NCBI GenBank assembly: GCA_035530075.1
Contig: DATKVM010000005.1
Location: forward strand, 231,006-295,005
Length of the DNA: 64,000 bases
Direction: 5' to 3'
Origin: Patescibacteria group bacterium
GTDB lineage: Bacteria > Patescibacteriota > Microgenomatia > UM-FILTER-40-11
Positions 44,474-54,345 of the stretch are shown here, piece by piece (the stretch's first letter is position 1; each line of letters opens with the position of its first letter). Position numbers and translations under genes: made by a program. Below the pieces are notes generated by a model that saw nothing but the letters and a program-made list of their open reading frames with translations, made no database searches and was not told where the DNA came from.

Positions 44474-44644
44474 ATGGCCGATAGTGATAAGGGAAGAATT
44501 CAAGAAGAATCGGAAGAAGATGATGCCACTCAACGCTCTTCTAAAGGAAGGGGCTGGTTCGGTGATTCAGCACGACACGCTGAGGCCGGCCGGAAAGGCG
44601 GCTTGGCTCGGAGCCGTAAGTATCACGCCAAAATGGGCGCCTAA
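44474..44644 (+). CDS. KGG-repeat stress-induced small protein (YciG/Con-10-like), not in the supplied ORF track
   Basis: 'MADSDKGRIQEESEEDDATQRSSKGRGWFGDSARHAEAGRKGGLARSRKYHAKMGA' shows the GWFGD...HAEAGRKGG stress-protein repeat. 56 aa. Confidence 0.5.
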   Translation: MADSDKGRIQEESEEDDATQRSSKGRGWFGDSARHAEAGRKGGLARSRKYHAKMGA

Positions 44645-44756
44645 CTAGATAAAAGTTTGCTGTCTCCTTTTCAACAGATAGTCCTTTGGACTATCTGTTT
44701 CGGTTAAAGGGTTTTTCTCCTTGACTCTTCGGGTTTTATTCGGTTAAAGTAAACTA

Positions 44757-44996
44757 ATGACAACCCTGATTAATGAGGAAATTCGGGTGGCGACTATTTT
44801 TGAAAACGGCCAAATCCGGCCAATTGCCTTTTCCTGGCGAAACCGGCGCTATAAAGTTCTTCAGACGGTTTTCTCTTATTCGAAAAACATTGGCCGAGAA
44901 AAAGTTTTCTATTTTTCCGTGGACACGGGTGGGGCGGTTTTTGAATTAGCGTTTAATCGAGAAAAATTCTCGTGGGAGGTAACAAAAGTATTTTAA
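44757..44996 (+). CDS. Hypothetical small protein
   Basis: 79-aa ORF. Confidence 0.3.
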   Translation: MTTLINEEIRVATIFENGQIRPIAFSWRNRRYKVLQTVFSYSKNIGREKVFYFSVDTGGAVFELAFNREKFSWEVTKVF

Positions 44997-45083
44997 TTTA
45001 TAATTACAATTTTTATTGAAAACAGTTTGGTAATTGCGTCATTGTAAATTGATTGTGAATTGAAAATTAGGAATTGAAAATTT

Positions 45084-46325
45084 ATGCAGAAATGCATCCT
45101 GCATCTCGATATGGACTCTTTTTTTGCTTCGGTGGAGCAGCAGGCTAATCCTGGGCTAGTTGGCCGGCCGGTGGGAGTTATCAAAGGGGAGGGCAGAACT
45201 TGCGTTATCGCTGCCTCTCGAGAGGCCAAGAAATTTGGGGTTAAAACTGGCAGCAGCATTTATGACACCAAAAGACTATGCCTGGGGATTGTTTTCGTTC
45301 CGGCCCAAATGGATAAATATTTCGCCGTCTCCCAAAAATTTATGGAGATTTGCTCGGGGTTTTCCCCCGACTTGGAGGTTTTTTCTATTGATGAACTTTT
45401 TTTGGATGTCACGCAAACGGCTTCACTTTTCGGGGGAACTTTTGAACTTTGCCGGGAAATTAAGGCGAAGCTGCGGCGGGAAATAGGCGAATACATTACT
45501 TGCTCAATAGGGATATCTTATAACCGTTTATTGGCCAAATTAGCATCAGCCTTAAAAAAGCCGGACGGGATATTTGAGGTAACTCCGGAGAATCGGGACG
45601 CCGTTTTGTTTTCTCGACGGTTGTCCGATATTTGCGGTCTCGGTTTCCGTCTTGAGCGGCAACTTTTAGCGAAGGGGATTACTAATTTCCAAACGCTTAG
45701 AGCCATTCCTTTGGAATATCTCCAGGCTGCCTTTGGTCCTTTTTGGGCAATTGAATTAAAAAAACTCTCTTATGGAGAAGATGATTCTCTTTTAGTAAGA
45801 ATCGGGGATCCGCCAGCTGGCGGACTCAAAGCAAAGAGTGTTTCGCGGACTTTTACTTTGTATGCCGACACGAAAGATCAAAAGGTAATTAGGGCTACCC
45901 TAAGAAATCTTTGTGAAGAAGCGGCTTTTAAAGCCAGAGAAATGGGGATGGCCGGGCGGGAGGTGGGGATTGCGGTGAGAGGAGACAATTTAGGCGAGGG
46001 AAAACACAAAACTTTAAAATATTTTATTGACTCGGGGAAAGATGTTTTTGAAGTGGCTTGGAAACTTTTTGAGGCAATGGAGTGGCCAAGCTCGATTAGA
46101 TTCCTGGGAGTATGGTTGAGCCTTTTGCAACCGAAAAGCGAGCTAACCTTAAATCTTTTTCCGGAAGAAAAGAGAAAAGAAGCTTTGGTGACGGCAATGG
46201 ACAGAATCAACCGTCGCTTTGGCGAGCTAACTGTTTATCCAGCAGTTTTGCTCCAGGGTTCAATGATCAAAAGTGAAGTCAACGGTTTTTTGGGCGATAA
46301 AGCCTATCGCTTTGGCTGCGGATAA
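45084..46325 (+). CDS. dinB: DNA polymerase IV (Y-family, DinB)
   Basis: 'ILHLDMDSFFASVEQ' catalytic start and later 'SIGISYNRLLAKLAS'. 413 aa. Confidence 0.85.
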   Translation: MQKCILHLDMDSFFASVEQQANPGLVGRPVGVIKGEGRTCVIAASREAKKFGVKTGSSIYDTKRLCLGIVFVPAQMDKYFAVSQKFMEICSGFSPDLEVFSIDELFLDVTQTASLFGGTFELCREIKAKLRREIGEYITCSIGISYNRLLAKLASALKKPDGIFEVTPENRDAVLFSRRLSDICGLGFRLERQLLAKGITNFQTLRAIPLEYLQAAFGPFWAIELKKLSYGEDDSLLVRIGDPPAGGLKAKSVSRTFTLYADTKDQKVIRATLRNLCEEAAFKAREMGMAGREVGIAVRGDNLGEGKHKTLKYFIDSGKDVFEVAWKLFEAMEWPSSIRFLGVWLSLLQPKSELTLNLFPEEKRKEALVTAMDRINRRFGELTVYPAVLLQGSMIKSEVNGFLGDKAYRFGCG

Positions 46326-46599
46326 AACGTTCCGTTTTTCCTACGGATAAAGCTTTTAGGTTTGGTTAGGGGCTACTTTTTCTCCATAAGTGTTGAGGAG
46401 ATGATCGCATGGCAAACCCGTAATCACTAGGTTCACCTGCTTCGATGCCGGCTTCAGTCTCAAAATATGGAGCCATTTTCCCTCCTTAGAATAACTAAAT
46501 TTTAGATATTATAACAATTTGGTTTTATTATAGCGATTTGATTTAAGAATTTTCCAGTAATGGACTGAAATTTAGGTTTGGTGCGGTATAATTACTTCA

Positions 46600-47874
46600 A
46601 TGAAGATTTACTTTTTTGTTTTAGGCACTAATCACACTCTTTCAAAAATTGATATCGTGAATATTCTCCAAAAAAAAAGAGTGAATTTAGAGATTATTGA
46701 GGCTTCGGAAGAAGTGTTAGTGGTTAAAACAGAAGAGCCACTGAATGTCCGGCCGCTAGTGCAGGAACTGGGGAGTGCGGCCAAGATCGGGCAGGTTTTT
46801 AAAAGTTACCCGTTGAAGAATTTCCCGGAAAATTTTTTGGCAGAGGTAGCCCAAGAAGAGTTTAGCCAGTTTTTCCTTCCTCCAGGAATGGAAAATCCTC
46901 GTTTCGGAATAAGTGTTTATGGGGTGGGGGGAAAATTTAAGGAGGTAAACCATACTTTCTTTTTAGTGCCGAAGATTTTAAGGGAAATTAAGGGAAGATT
47001 AGGGGAGATAGGGGTGGAGACTAATTATTTGTCTGTCAAGGAGAAAGAGTTATCCACGGTAATTGTCGACCAAAGGGGACTTTTAGATAAAGGTTTTGAG
47101 CTGGTTTTGGGGGTGGGTGAGGAAGAGGTCTTCGTCGGAAAAACCTTGGCGGTCCAGGATTATGAAGGTTATAGCGCTCGTGATTATGGCCGGCCAGCCA
47201 GAGATCCTCGGTCGGGAATGATTCCGCCGAAACTGGCGAAAATGATGGTTAATCTGGCCCTCAAGGATAAAGACAAACTCTTGCTGGACCCTTTTTGTGG
47301 CAGCGGGACTCTCTTGCAGGAAATGGCCTTGCTTGGTTACCGGAACCTAATTGGCTCGGATTCCAGCGAGAAGTCAATTAGAGATACCGAAACTAATCTT
47401 GACTGGCTTTTTGGCAAATTTGGTTTAAAGAAGGAGGACTATAAGCTAAGGCTTTTTAAGGAGGATGTTCAGAAAATTGCCTCCAAGATAAACTTTAAGA
47501 CCGTTGATGCGATTGTCACCGAGCCATATTTGGGTTCGCCCGGAGCCAAAGCTTTTCATTTGGGGCAGATTGAGAATGAGATTTCAAAACTGGGCAAGCT
47601 TTATCTGGCGGCCTTTGAGGAGTTTCGGAAAGTGCTTCGTGATGATGGGGTAGTGGTGATGATTTTCCCAGTTTTTCGGTTTAAAGGTCAGTTTTTCCCC
47701 CTGAATATTCTGGATAAAATTTCTTCCCTTGGTTTTGAATCAAGAGATTTTATTCCTCAAAAGCCGGAAGGTGGAGGAAAACTGAATCTTAATTTAACTG
47801 CCAGGGGTTCGATAGTTTATTTCCGCCCCGGCCAAACAGTCTCGAGGGAAATTTTTGTCTTAACTAGAAAGTAA
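46600..47874 (+). CDS. Putative RNA methyltransferase (THUMP-like N-terminus plus class I SAM MTase, UPF0020/Trm14-like)
   Basis: 'LLDPFCGSGTLLQEMALLGY' (motif I) and 'IVTEPYLG' (NPPY-like, EPY variant). Confidence 0.55.
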   Translation: MKIYFFVLGTNHTLSKIDIVNILQKKRVNLEIIEASEEVLVVKTEEPLNVRPLVQELGSAAKIGQVFKSYPLKNFPENFLAEVAQEEFSQFFLPPGMENPRFGISVYGVGGKFKEVNHTFFLVPKILREIKGRLGEIGVETNYLSVKEKELSTVIVDQRGLLDKGFELVLGVGEEEVFVGKTLAVQDYEGYSARDYGRPARDPRSGMIPPKLAKMMVNLALKDKDKLLLDPFCGSGTLLQEMALLGYRNLIGSDSSEKSIRDTETNLDWLFGKFGLKKEDYKLRLFKEDVQKIASKINFKTVDAIVTEPYLGSPGAKAFHLGQIENEISKLGKLYLAAFEEFRKVLRDDGVVVMIFPVFRFKGQFFPLNILDKISSLGFESRDFIPQKPEGGGKLNLNLTARGSIVYFRPGQTVSREIFVLTRK

Positions 47875-47918
47875 GTTTTAGGGCCACCGGAGAAAACTGC
47901 TGGCGAATAAATATTTGC

Positions 47919-48995
47919 TTACTTCTGGAATAGAGGGAGGATAAATTTTTTGATTTCTTCACTGGTTAGTTTAGTCATATCGTCGCTCAGGAAGATGTTT
48001 CCTCGGCAACCCTTGATTGTTCTTTGCAGGGAAAGAATCTGATTTTCAGAAAGACCAGTCTGGGGGCTGCAGACGAAAACATCTGGGTCAAGATTCCAAA
48101 ATACCCTGGTAAAAAGACGTTTTTTAACACTATCTGAAACCGCACGAAAAAGATAGGTGTTAATAAGGCGATTTAAAAAAGGAATTCCGTATAAAGACGG
48201 CCTGGTGATATCCGGCCCGATGCGTAGAGAATCAATTGCCCTAAGGGCGGGTAAAAGGGGACAGCCACAGCCGATGGTGTAAACATTGGAGTGTTGCCTT
48301 TTAATCTCCAGAAGAAAATTTCTTAATAACCTAAAAGCTATCCTGGGCTTAATTTTGGGATAGAAATAGGGATAATAGAGAAAGTCCAATTTCAAAAGCT
48401 CAAAGCCAAAATCTTGGGTAAGGGTTTTTATTACCTTTTTTAAATAACTTTCTACCTTTGGTAAACGGATATCCAAGAGGTAATGCTTTTGGGTGACAAG
48501 ATTGTCCCAGAAAGGGTGGCTAAGAGGCTTTCCCTGGTTTTGGATTAACCAGTCAGGATGATTTTGAGCAAGATTGGAGTTGGGATGGACCCAAAAGGGA
48601 GCAATCCACAATCCCGGCTTGAATCCTAGAGTCTTTATTTTTTGAGCAAGAGATTTAAGGCCCGATGGAAACCTTTCTGGCAGAGGTGTCAGCCAGTCGC
48701 CGTGGGAAGCACATCCATCATCGATAAGAATATATTTAATTGGTATTTCCCGGTGTTGTGAGAACCACCGAGATTGGTTTAGAATTTTTTCCTCGTTTAT
48801 ATCATCGCCAAAAGCGTACCAGGAACACCAGCCTTTAGCCGGCGGTTTTAATTTTGACGGTAAGAAGCGGAAGTTTTTGGGAGGGATTTCCACAAAGGGA
48901 GGGGAGTTACATTTCAGCCCTTTTAAGATTAAAAAATTTGAATTACTCCAAGATTGCCAGCCGGTAGAGATAATCTTTTGCCATTCTTTCCGCAT
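47919..48995 (-). CDS. Alpha-galactosidase-like glycoside hydrolase (GH36/melibiase-type)
   Basis: 'KGWCSWYAF' and 'KYILIDDGCASHGDW' resemble melibiase catalytic-domain motifs. 358 aa. Confidence 0.5.
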   Translation of the reverse strand: MRKEWQKIISTGWQSWSNSNFLILKGLKCNSPPFVEIPPKNFRFLPSKLKPPAKGWCSWYAFGDDINEEKILNQSRWFSQHREIPIKYILIDDGCASHGDWLTPLPERFPSGLKSLAQKIKTLGFKPGLWIAPFWVHPNSNLAQNHPDWLIQNQGKPLSHPFWDNLVTQKHYLLDIRLPKVESYLKKVIKTLTQDFGFELLKLDFLYYPYFYPKIKPRIAFRLLRNFLLEIKRQHSNVYTIGCGCPLLPALRAIDSLRIGPDITRPSLYGIPFLNRLINTYLFRAVSDSVKKRLFTRVFWNLDPDVFVCSPQTGLSENQILSLQRTIKGCRGNIFLSDDMTKLTSEEIKKFILPLFQK

Positions 48996-49087
48996 ACAGA
49001 TATTTTACCTGATTTTTTAACATCTAGATAAACTGTTGTTAATTTAAGTATTGACAAGAGAAAAGATATAGATTACCATCTATATTT

Positions 49088-49354
49088 ATGACAGATTTTA
49101 ATATTTGCTGCCCTTTTGCCGTTCCTCAAATGGCAGACCCTTCCCGGCGCAAAATTTATGAACACCTGGCAACTCACGGAGAGAAAACCGTCAATGAGAT
49201 AACCCAGGTAATGAAATTGCGCCAGCCGACGGTTTCCTATCATTTGCGGCAAATGAAAAAAGAGGGGATTTTGACCAGTCGGAAGCAGGGGAGAGAGGTT
49301 TTCTACCGTGTTAAGCTGACTTGTCCCGAAGGCGGGAGTTGTTTTGGACTATAA
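49088..49354 (+). CDS. ArsR/SmtB-family transcriptional regulator
   Basis: HTH 'RRKIYEHLATHGEKTVNEITQVMKLRQPTVSYHLRQM'. Confidence 0.7.
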   Translation: MTDFNICCPFAVPQMADPSRRKIYEHLATHGEKTVNEITQVMKLRQPTVSYHLRQMKKEGILTSRKQGREVFYRVKLTCPEGGSCFGL

Positions 49355-50537
49355 AAAAATGAAAAAAGTCTATTTAGATTATGCCGCTACGACTCCGGTA
49401 AGGCCGGAAGTAGTGGAGGCAATGTGTCCATATTGGACCGAGAAATTCGGTAATCCCTCCAGTATTCACTCTTGGGGCCGAGAAGCGCGGGAGGCAGTAG
49501 AGCAAGCTCGAGCGGCGGTGGCCGCGGTACTGGGAGCCGAACCAAGAGAAGTCATTTTTACTTCCTCAGTGACCACAAGCGATAATTTGGCGATTTTAGG
49601 TGTTGCTCGGGCGGCCGGCAAGGGACATCTTATTACTTCTCAAATTGAGCACCACGCGGCTTTGGATGTTTTCCACGTTTTGGAAAAAGGGGGCTTTGCC
49701 GTCATTTATCTGCCGGTTGGCCCGACCGGCATAGTGGACTTGAAAGCCTTGGAGTCGGCTATTAGGTCGGAAACAATTTTGGTTTCGGTAATGTGGGCTA
49801 ATAATGAAGTGGGGACGGTTGAGCCTTTGGAGGAAATCGTTAAAATTGTCAAAGCGCAAAACCCTAAAACCCATGTTCATACTGACGCGGCCACGATAGT
49901 TGAGTATCTGCCGATTAACGCCAAAAAGTTGGGGGTGGATTTACTTTCCCTGGGGGCCCATAAATTCGGTGGTCCTAAAGGGGTGGGTATTTTGTATCTT
50001 AAGAAAGGCACAAAAATTGACCCGATTACTTATGGCGGCCATCACGAAGAGGGCCTTTGGCCCGGGACAGAGCCAACTCCTCTTATCATTGGTGCCGCTA
50101 AAGCGTTGGAGTTGGCTCAGTTAGAAGTTAGAAGTTCAAAGTTCAAGGTTACAAGGTTGCGAGATAAATTAATCAAAGGGGTGTTGGAAAAAATTCCGGA
50201 GGCTTTCTTGACTGGGGACCCGGTAAAGCGGCTACCGGATATCGCTTCTTTTCGATTCAATGGGGCCGAGGGGGAGGCGATTTTGCTCCGGCTGGATGCT
50301 GAAGGGATTGCCGCTTCTTCCGGCTCAGCTTGCACTTCGGGAGAGCTTAAGCCCTCACATGTTCTTTCGGCGATGGGGATTAAGCCCGAGGAGACCCATG
50401 GTTCGGTGCGATTCTCTTTGGGGAGAGGGACAACGGAAGAGGAAATTGATTATGTCCTTGAAAAACTACCCCTCATTATTAAAGAATTGAGAGCGATTGC
50501 TCCTCAATTATGTGTGGAAACGGAGGAATTACCTTAA
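49344..50537 (+). CDS. Cysteine desulfurase (NifS/IscS class)
   Basis: PLP-lysine region 'SLGAHKFGGPKGVGILY' and active-site 'SSGSACTSG'. Confidence 0.85.
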   Translation: MDYKKMKKVYLDYAATTPVRPEVVEAMCPYWTEKFGNPSSIHSWGREAREAVEQARAAVAAVLGAEPREVIFTSSVTTSDNLAILGVARAAGKGHLITSQIEHHAALDVFHVLEKGGFAVIYLPVGPTGIVDLKALESAIRSETILVSVMWANNEVGTVEPLEEIVKIVKAQNPKTHVHTDAATIVEYLPINAKKLGVDLLSLGAHKFGGPKGVGILYLKKGTKIDPITYGGHHEEGLWPGTEPTPLIIGAAKALELAQLEVRSSKFKVTRLRDKLIKGVLEKIPEAFLTGDPVKRLPDIASFRFNGAEGEAILLRLDAEGIAASSGSACTSGELKPSHVLSAMGIKPEETHGSVRFSLGRGTTEEEIDYVLEKLPLIIKELRAIAPQLCVETEELP

Positions 50538-50538
50538 A

Positions 50539-52011
50539 ATGGCGGATTTAAAAGCTCTTTATTCGGAGAAAGTTTTGGACCATTTCCAACACCCGCGCAA
50601 TATAGGGGAGATGAAAGATCCTGATGGAGTGGGAACGGTGGGTAATCCTGTTTGTGGGGACGTGATGCGACTTTTTATTAAAGTCGGTAAAAAAGATGGC
50701 CAGGAAATTATCAAGGATGCTAAATTTCAAACTCTTGGCTGTTTACCAGATAAAGAAGAAACCGTTCTCGCTAACAGTCAATGGTTAACAATTGGGAGTC
50801 TTATTGGCGGGACGAAAGTTTTAAATGGCGAAGGAAAAGAAACTCTAAGTTCCAATCTTTTTACGAGAAATTATGAAGGCGAACTCCTTACTATAATTCC
50901 TTTTGTTTCTCCTTTTAATTCATTTTCCGTGACGCCGAATCACCCAATATTTTGTCTAAAAAGAAAATCTTTGGTAAAAACCAGGAGAAGTAGCTCTAAA
51001 TGTAGTTGGTTGCGAGTTGATAATGAGGAAGTTACTTCTGCAGACCCAGATTATTCCAGAGCTGATAAGCTTGAGATAGGCGATTATTTGGTTTTTCCTT
51101 ATAGTAACGAAACAATTGATAATAAATTGTTCTCCAAGAGGCTGATGAGACTCTTAGGTTATTACCTTTCTGAAGGTTATATTACAGCCGGAAGTGTGAC
51201 TAATTTTTCCTTTAATTGTAACGAGAGGAATTTAATTGATGAGGTAAGATCATTAGTACTAGGAATTACTAATAAAAAAACTTCAGAACGGACTCGAGGA
51301 AATGTCACAGAAATAAGGTTTTGTTCAAAAAAATGGGCAGATTTTTTTATTTTAAACTGTTCGAGATTGGCAAGAAAAAAGTGCTTGTCTGAAACTCTTC
51401 TTAGGCTACCTTTTAGTAAACAATGGGAGATGGTAAAAGCTTTTATGTTAGACGATGGCGATGTTTATAAAAGGAGACTCAGGGATACTGAAACTTACAG
51501 GATGATTACCACTTCCAGATCATTGGCGATTCAAGTACAGGAAATATTAGTAAGGGGGGGGATCTTTGCGTCAATAAGAGAAATTTTTAAAACCAATTGC
51601 TTTATCGAAGGTCGAAAACTTAAGGACTCCGTTCAGTATTTAGTTTCCTTTAAATTGAAAAAGACAAAAAATAAATTGGTCCGTAAATGCAAAAGTTATT
51701 TTCTTGTTCCAATAAGAGAAATAAAAAGAGAAAAGTTTCAGGGTTTGGTTTATAATTTTCAAGTTTTGGGAGAACCCAATTCATACTTGGTCAAGGGGTT
51801 CGCTGTTCATAATTGTGGGGCAGCCATTGCCACGAGTTCAATCGCTACAGAAATGATTAAAGGCAAGCCATTGTCAGAGGCAATGGAGTTGACTAATCAA
51901 GCAATTACTGAAGCTTTGGGCGGTCTTCCTCCGGTCAAAAGGCACTGCTCTGTCTTAGCCGCCGACGCGGTGAAGAAAGCGATTGCTGATTATGAGAGCA
52001 AAAAGAAATGA
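50539..52011 (+). CDS. iscU: Fe-S cluster scaffold IscU/NifU-like, interrupted by an intein
   Basis: Exteins 'NPVCGDVMRLFIKV...KFQTLG' and 'CGAAIATSSIATEMIKGKPLSEA...RHCSVLAADAVKKAI' together make ~132 aa, a normal IscU length. The insert starts with Cys and ends with His-Asn before the +1 Cys. Confidence 0.8.
   Translation: MADLKALYSEKVLDHFQHPRNIGEMKDPDGVGTVGNPVCGDVMRLFIKVGKKDGQEIIKDAKFQTLGCLPDKEETVLANSQWLTIGSLIGGTKVLNGEGKETLSSNLFTRNYEGELLTIIPFVSPFNSFSVTPNHPIFCLKRKSLVKTRRSSSKCSWLRVDNEEVTSADPDYSRADKLEIGDYLVFPYSNETIDNKLFSKRLMRLLGYYLSEGYITAGSVTNFSFNCNERNLIDEVRSLVLGITNKKTSERTRGNVTEIRFCSKKWADFFILNCSRLARKKCLSETLLRLPFSKQWEMVKAFMLDDGDVYKRRLRDTETYRMITTSRSLAIQVQEILVRGGIFASIREIFKTNCFIEGRKLKDSVQYLVSFKLKKTKNKLVRKCKSYFLVPIREIKREKFQGLVYNFQVLGEPNSYLVKGFAVHNCGAAIATSSIATEMIKGKPLSEAMELTNQAITEALGGLPPVKRHCSVLAADAVKKAIADYESKKK
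50740..51813 (+). mobile_element. Intein (358 aa) with a LAGLIDADG homing-endonuclease domain, inserted at the conserved IscU GCG(S/A)AI site
   Basis: Starts 'CLPDKEET', ends 'GFAVHN', then 'C'. Internal blocks 'LLGYYLSEGYI' and 'FMLDDGDVY' are LAGLIDADG-type. Confidence 0.75.
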
Positions 52012-53615
52012 AAAACCGTTTTGCCATTAAAATTTCCGGGCCAGCCGGAGCAGGGATGATGCAGGCCGGAGAAACCTTAAGCAAGGCCTTAAACCGCTTA
52101 GGTTTTTTTAGCTTAATGTATCCCGAGTATCCTTCGCGGATTCGGGGGGGCGATAATCACGTTCAAGTGGTTTTCTCTTCCCGTCAGTTTCTTTCACCTC
52201 AAGAAAAAGTTAATCTCCTTTTGGCCTTCGGTCTGGACAATTTATTGGCCCATCAGGATGAAGTGATTGAAGGCGGTTTGAATTTTGAAGCTGGTGATAT
52301 TGGTTTGGGAGGAATTGCTGACAAGTTGGGCAATCCCTTAGTGGCCAATAGCGCCGCTTTAGGTTTTCTTTGGGCGGTTTTGGGTTTTGACTTGCCAGTG
52401 TTGAAAGAACAATTGGCCGAAGATTTTGCCGAGAAGAAAACAATTAAGGATCTTAATTTAAAGGCAGCCGTGGCCGGTTTCGAGAAAGCAAAAGATATTT
52501 GGGGGATGGCAAAGGTGAAAACCAAAGGTATTAAGGGGAAGATTAGCAATTTATCCGGCAACGAGGCTTTGACTCAAGGAATTTTGGCGGCTGAATGCAG
52601 TTTTGCCGCCATTTATCCGATGACGCCGATAAATTCGATTTTAAGCATGTTGGCTAAGACTAAGGTGAATTTATTCCGGCCGGAAGATGAAATTGCCGGG
52701 ATAAATGCGGCTATTGGCGCTGCCTATGCTGGTGGCCGAGCAATGGTTGCCACTTCCGGCGGCGGCTTTTCCTTAATGGTAGAAGCCTTGGGGATGGCAG
52801 GGGCTGCCGAAGTTCCGGTGGTAATTGTTGTTGGTCAGCGCACTGGCCCCTCGACAGGCATGGCGACCTTTAGTTCCCAAGCAGACTTAAACTTTGTCAT
52901 TAATGCCGGTCACGGCGAGTTTCCCCGGATAGTGTTGACCCCGGGCGATTTAGAGGAGTCTTATCGGCTAGGAGCCGAAGCTTTTAATTTAGCCGAGCGC
53001 TATCAAGTGCCAGTCATTTTATTGACCGACAAATACTTGGCCGAAAGCTGTTTTAGTCGCCTGAAAGAAATTTTGGATAAAGTGGTGGTTAGAATTGACC
53101 GCGGGAAACTTTTCGACGGCAAAGGAGAGTATCGGCGGTATGCCCTAACTCTTGATGGAATTTCCCCCCGAGCCTTTCCCGGTCAGACCGTTTTTTTGAC
53201 CAACTCCTACGAGCACGATGAATATGGCTTCTCAACGGATGAGGTTGGAATTAGGGAAGAAATGATGGCCAAAAGGGGAAGAAAACTGATTGGGTTAAAG
53301 GGAGGGGTGGAGAAATATGGGGAAGAGGGAGCGGAAACGACTTTGGTCGGTTGGGGTTCGACTAAAGAAATTCTTTTAGATTTCATTACAACTCACCCCG
53401 ACTATAATCTTGTTCATTTTTGGCGGCCCTGGCCCTTTCCAAAAGAAGCGGAGGAAATTCTTCGCCAAGCCAAGAAACTAATCGTGGTTGAAGGGAATTT
53501 TTCCGGGCAGCTGGTAGATTTAATTGAAAAAGAAACCGGTTTAAGGCCAAAAAGAGTTTTGAAAGATAACGGGAGGCCTTTTTATAAGGAAGAATTGGCT
53601 AGGTTACTTAAGTAG
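52008..53615 (+). CDS. korA: 2-oxoacid:ferredoxin oxidoreductase alpha subunit
   Basis: Domain order and motifs ('GNEALTQGILAAECSFAAIYPMTPI') fit OFOR/KorA. The downstream beta subunit overlaps by translational coupling. Confidence 0.7.
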   Translation: MKNRFAIKISGPAGAGMMQAGETLSKALNRLGFFSLMYPEYPSRIRGGDNHVQVVFSSRQFLSPQEKVNLLLAFGLDNLLAHQDEVIEGGLNFEAGDIGLGGIADKLGNPLVANSAALGFLWAVLGFDLPVLKEQLAEDFAEKKTIKDLNLKAAVAGFEKAKDIWGMAKVKTKGIKGKISNLSGNEALTQGILAAECSFAAIYPMTPINSILSMLAKTKVNLFRPEDEIAGINAAIGAAYAGGRAMVATSGGGFSLMVEALGMAGAAEVPVVIVVGQRTGPSTGMATFSSQADLNFVINAGHGEFPRIVLTPGDLEESYRLGAEAFNLAERYQVPVILLTDKYLAESCFSRLKEILDKVVVRIDRGKLFDGKGEYRRYALTLDGISPRAFPGQTVFLTNSYEHDEYGFSTDEVGIREEMMAKRGRKLIGLKGGVEKYGEEGAETTLVGWGSTKEILLDFITTHPDYNLVHFWRPWPFPKEAEEILRQAKKLIVVEGNFSGQLVDLIEKETGLRPKRVLKDNGRPFYKEELARLLK

Positions 53616-53621
53616 CTTAGG

Positions 53622-54344
53622 TTGCTTATGATAGACGAGAAAGCTTTATTTACTTCTCAAGAGCCAACCTGGTGTCCGGGCTGTGGGGCTTACGCTTTTT
53701 TAGCGGCTCTCAAAAAAGCCATCGTAGAAAATAAACTTGAGCCAAAGAATATCGTTTTGACTTATGATATTGGCTGTTCCGCCAATATGGTTAATTTCTT
53801 GAATGTTTGCGGTTTTGCCACTCTGCATGGCCGCTCAATTCCGGTTGCTGTTGGAGCAAAAGTACTTAACCCCAAGCTGACCGTCATTGCTCAGGGAGGA
53901 GAGGGGGGCATTGTCACCGAGGGGGCCAATCATTTAATTCATGCCGCTCAACGAAATGATGACATTACCGTCGTTGTCAATAACAACTATGTCTTCGGCT
54001 TAACTACCGGTCAAGCTTCCGCGGCCACTCCCAAAGGGGCAGTCACTCGCTCTACTCCTCATGGTAATCTCTATGAAGCGCTTTCGGCAATTGATTTGGC
54101 AGCCGTTTCCGGCGGGACTTTCATTGCTCGGGCTTTGGCTTCCAATATTAAAGCGATGGAGGAAATTTTGCGTCAAGCCATTATCCATAAAGGCTTTAGT
54201 TTAGTGGAGGTAATTCAGCCCTGCGTTATTTGGGCTAAGGACTTAATTGTTCCTGGACCGGTTTGGGTGGAGAAACCGTTTATTGATCGCCGGGAGTTCC
54301 TCGGGCAGGCAAATCTCTTCGGAATTCTCTATAATAAAAAGTGA
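53622..54344 (+). CDS. korB: 2-oxoacid:ferredoxin oxidoreductase beta subunit (TPP-binding)
   Basis: 'TWCPGCGAYA' and 'DIGCSANM' TPP-binding motifs. Confidence 0.7.
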   Translation: MLMIDEKALFTSQEPTWCPGCGAYAFLAALKKAIVENKLEPKNIVLTYDIGCSANMVNFLNVCGFATLHGRSIPVAVGAKVLNPKLTVIAQGGEGGIVTEGANHLIHAAQRNDDITVVVNNNYVFGLTTGQASAATPKGAVTRSTPHGNLYEALSAIDLAAVSGGTFIARALASNIKAMEEILRQAIIHKGFSLVEVIQPCVIWAKDLIVPGPVWVEKPFIDRREFLGQANLFGILYNKK

Positions 54345-54345
54345 A

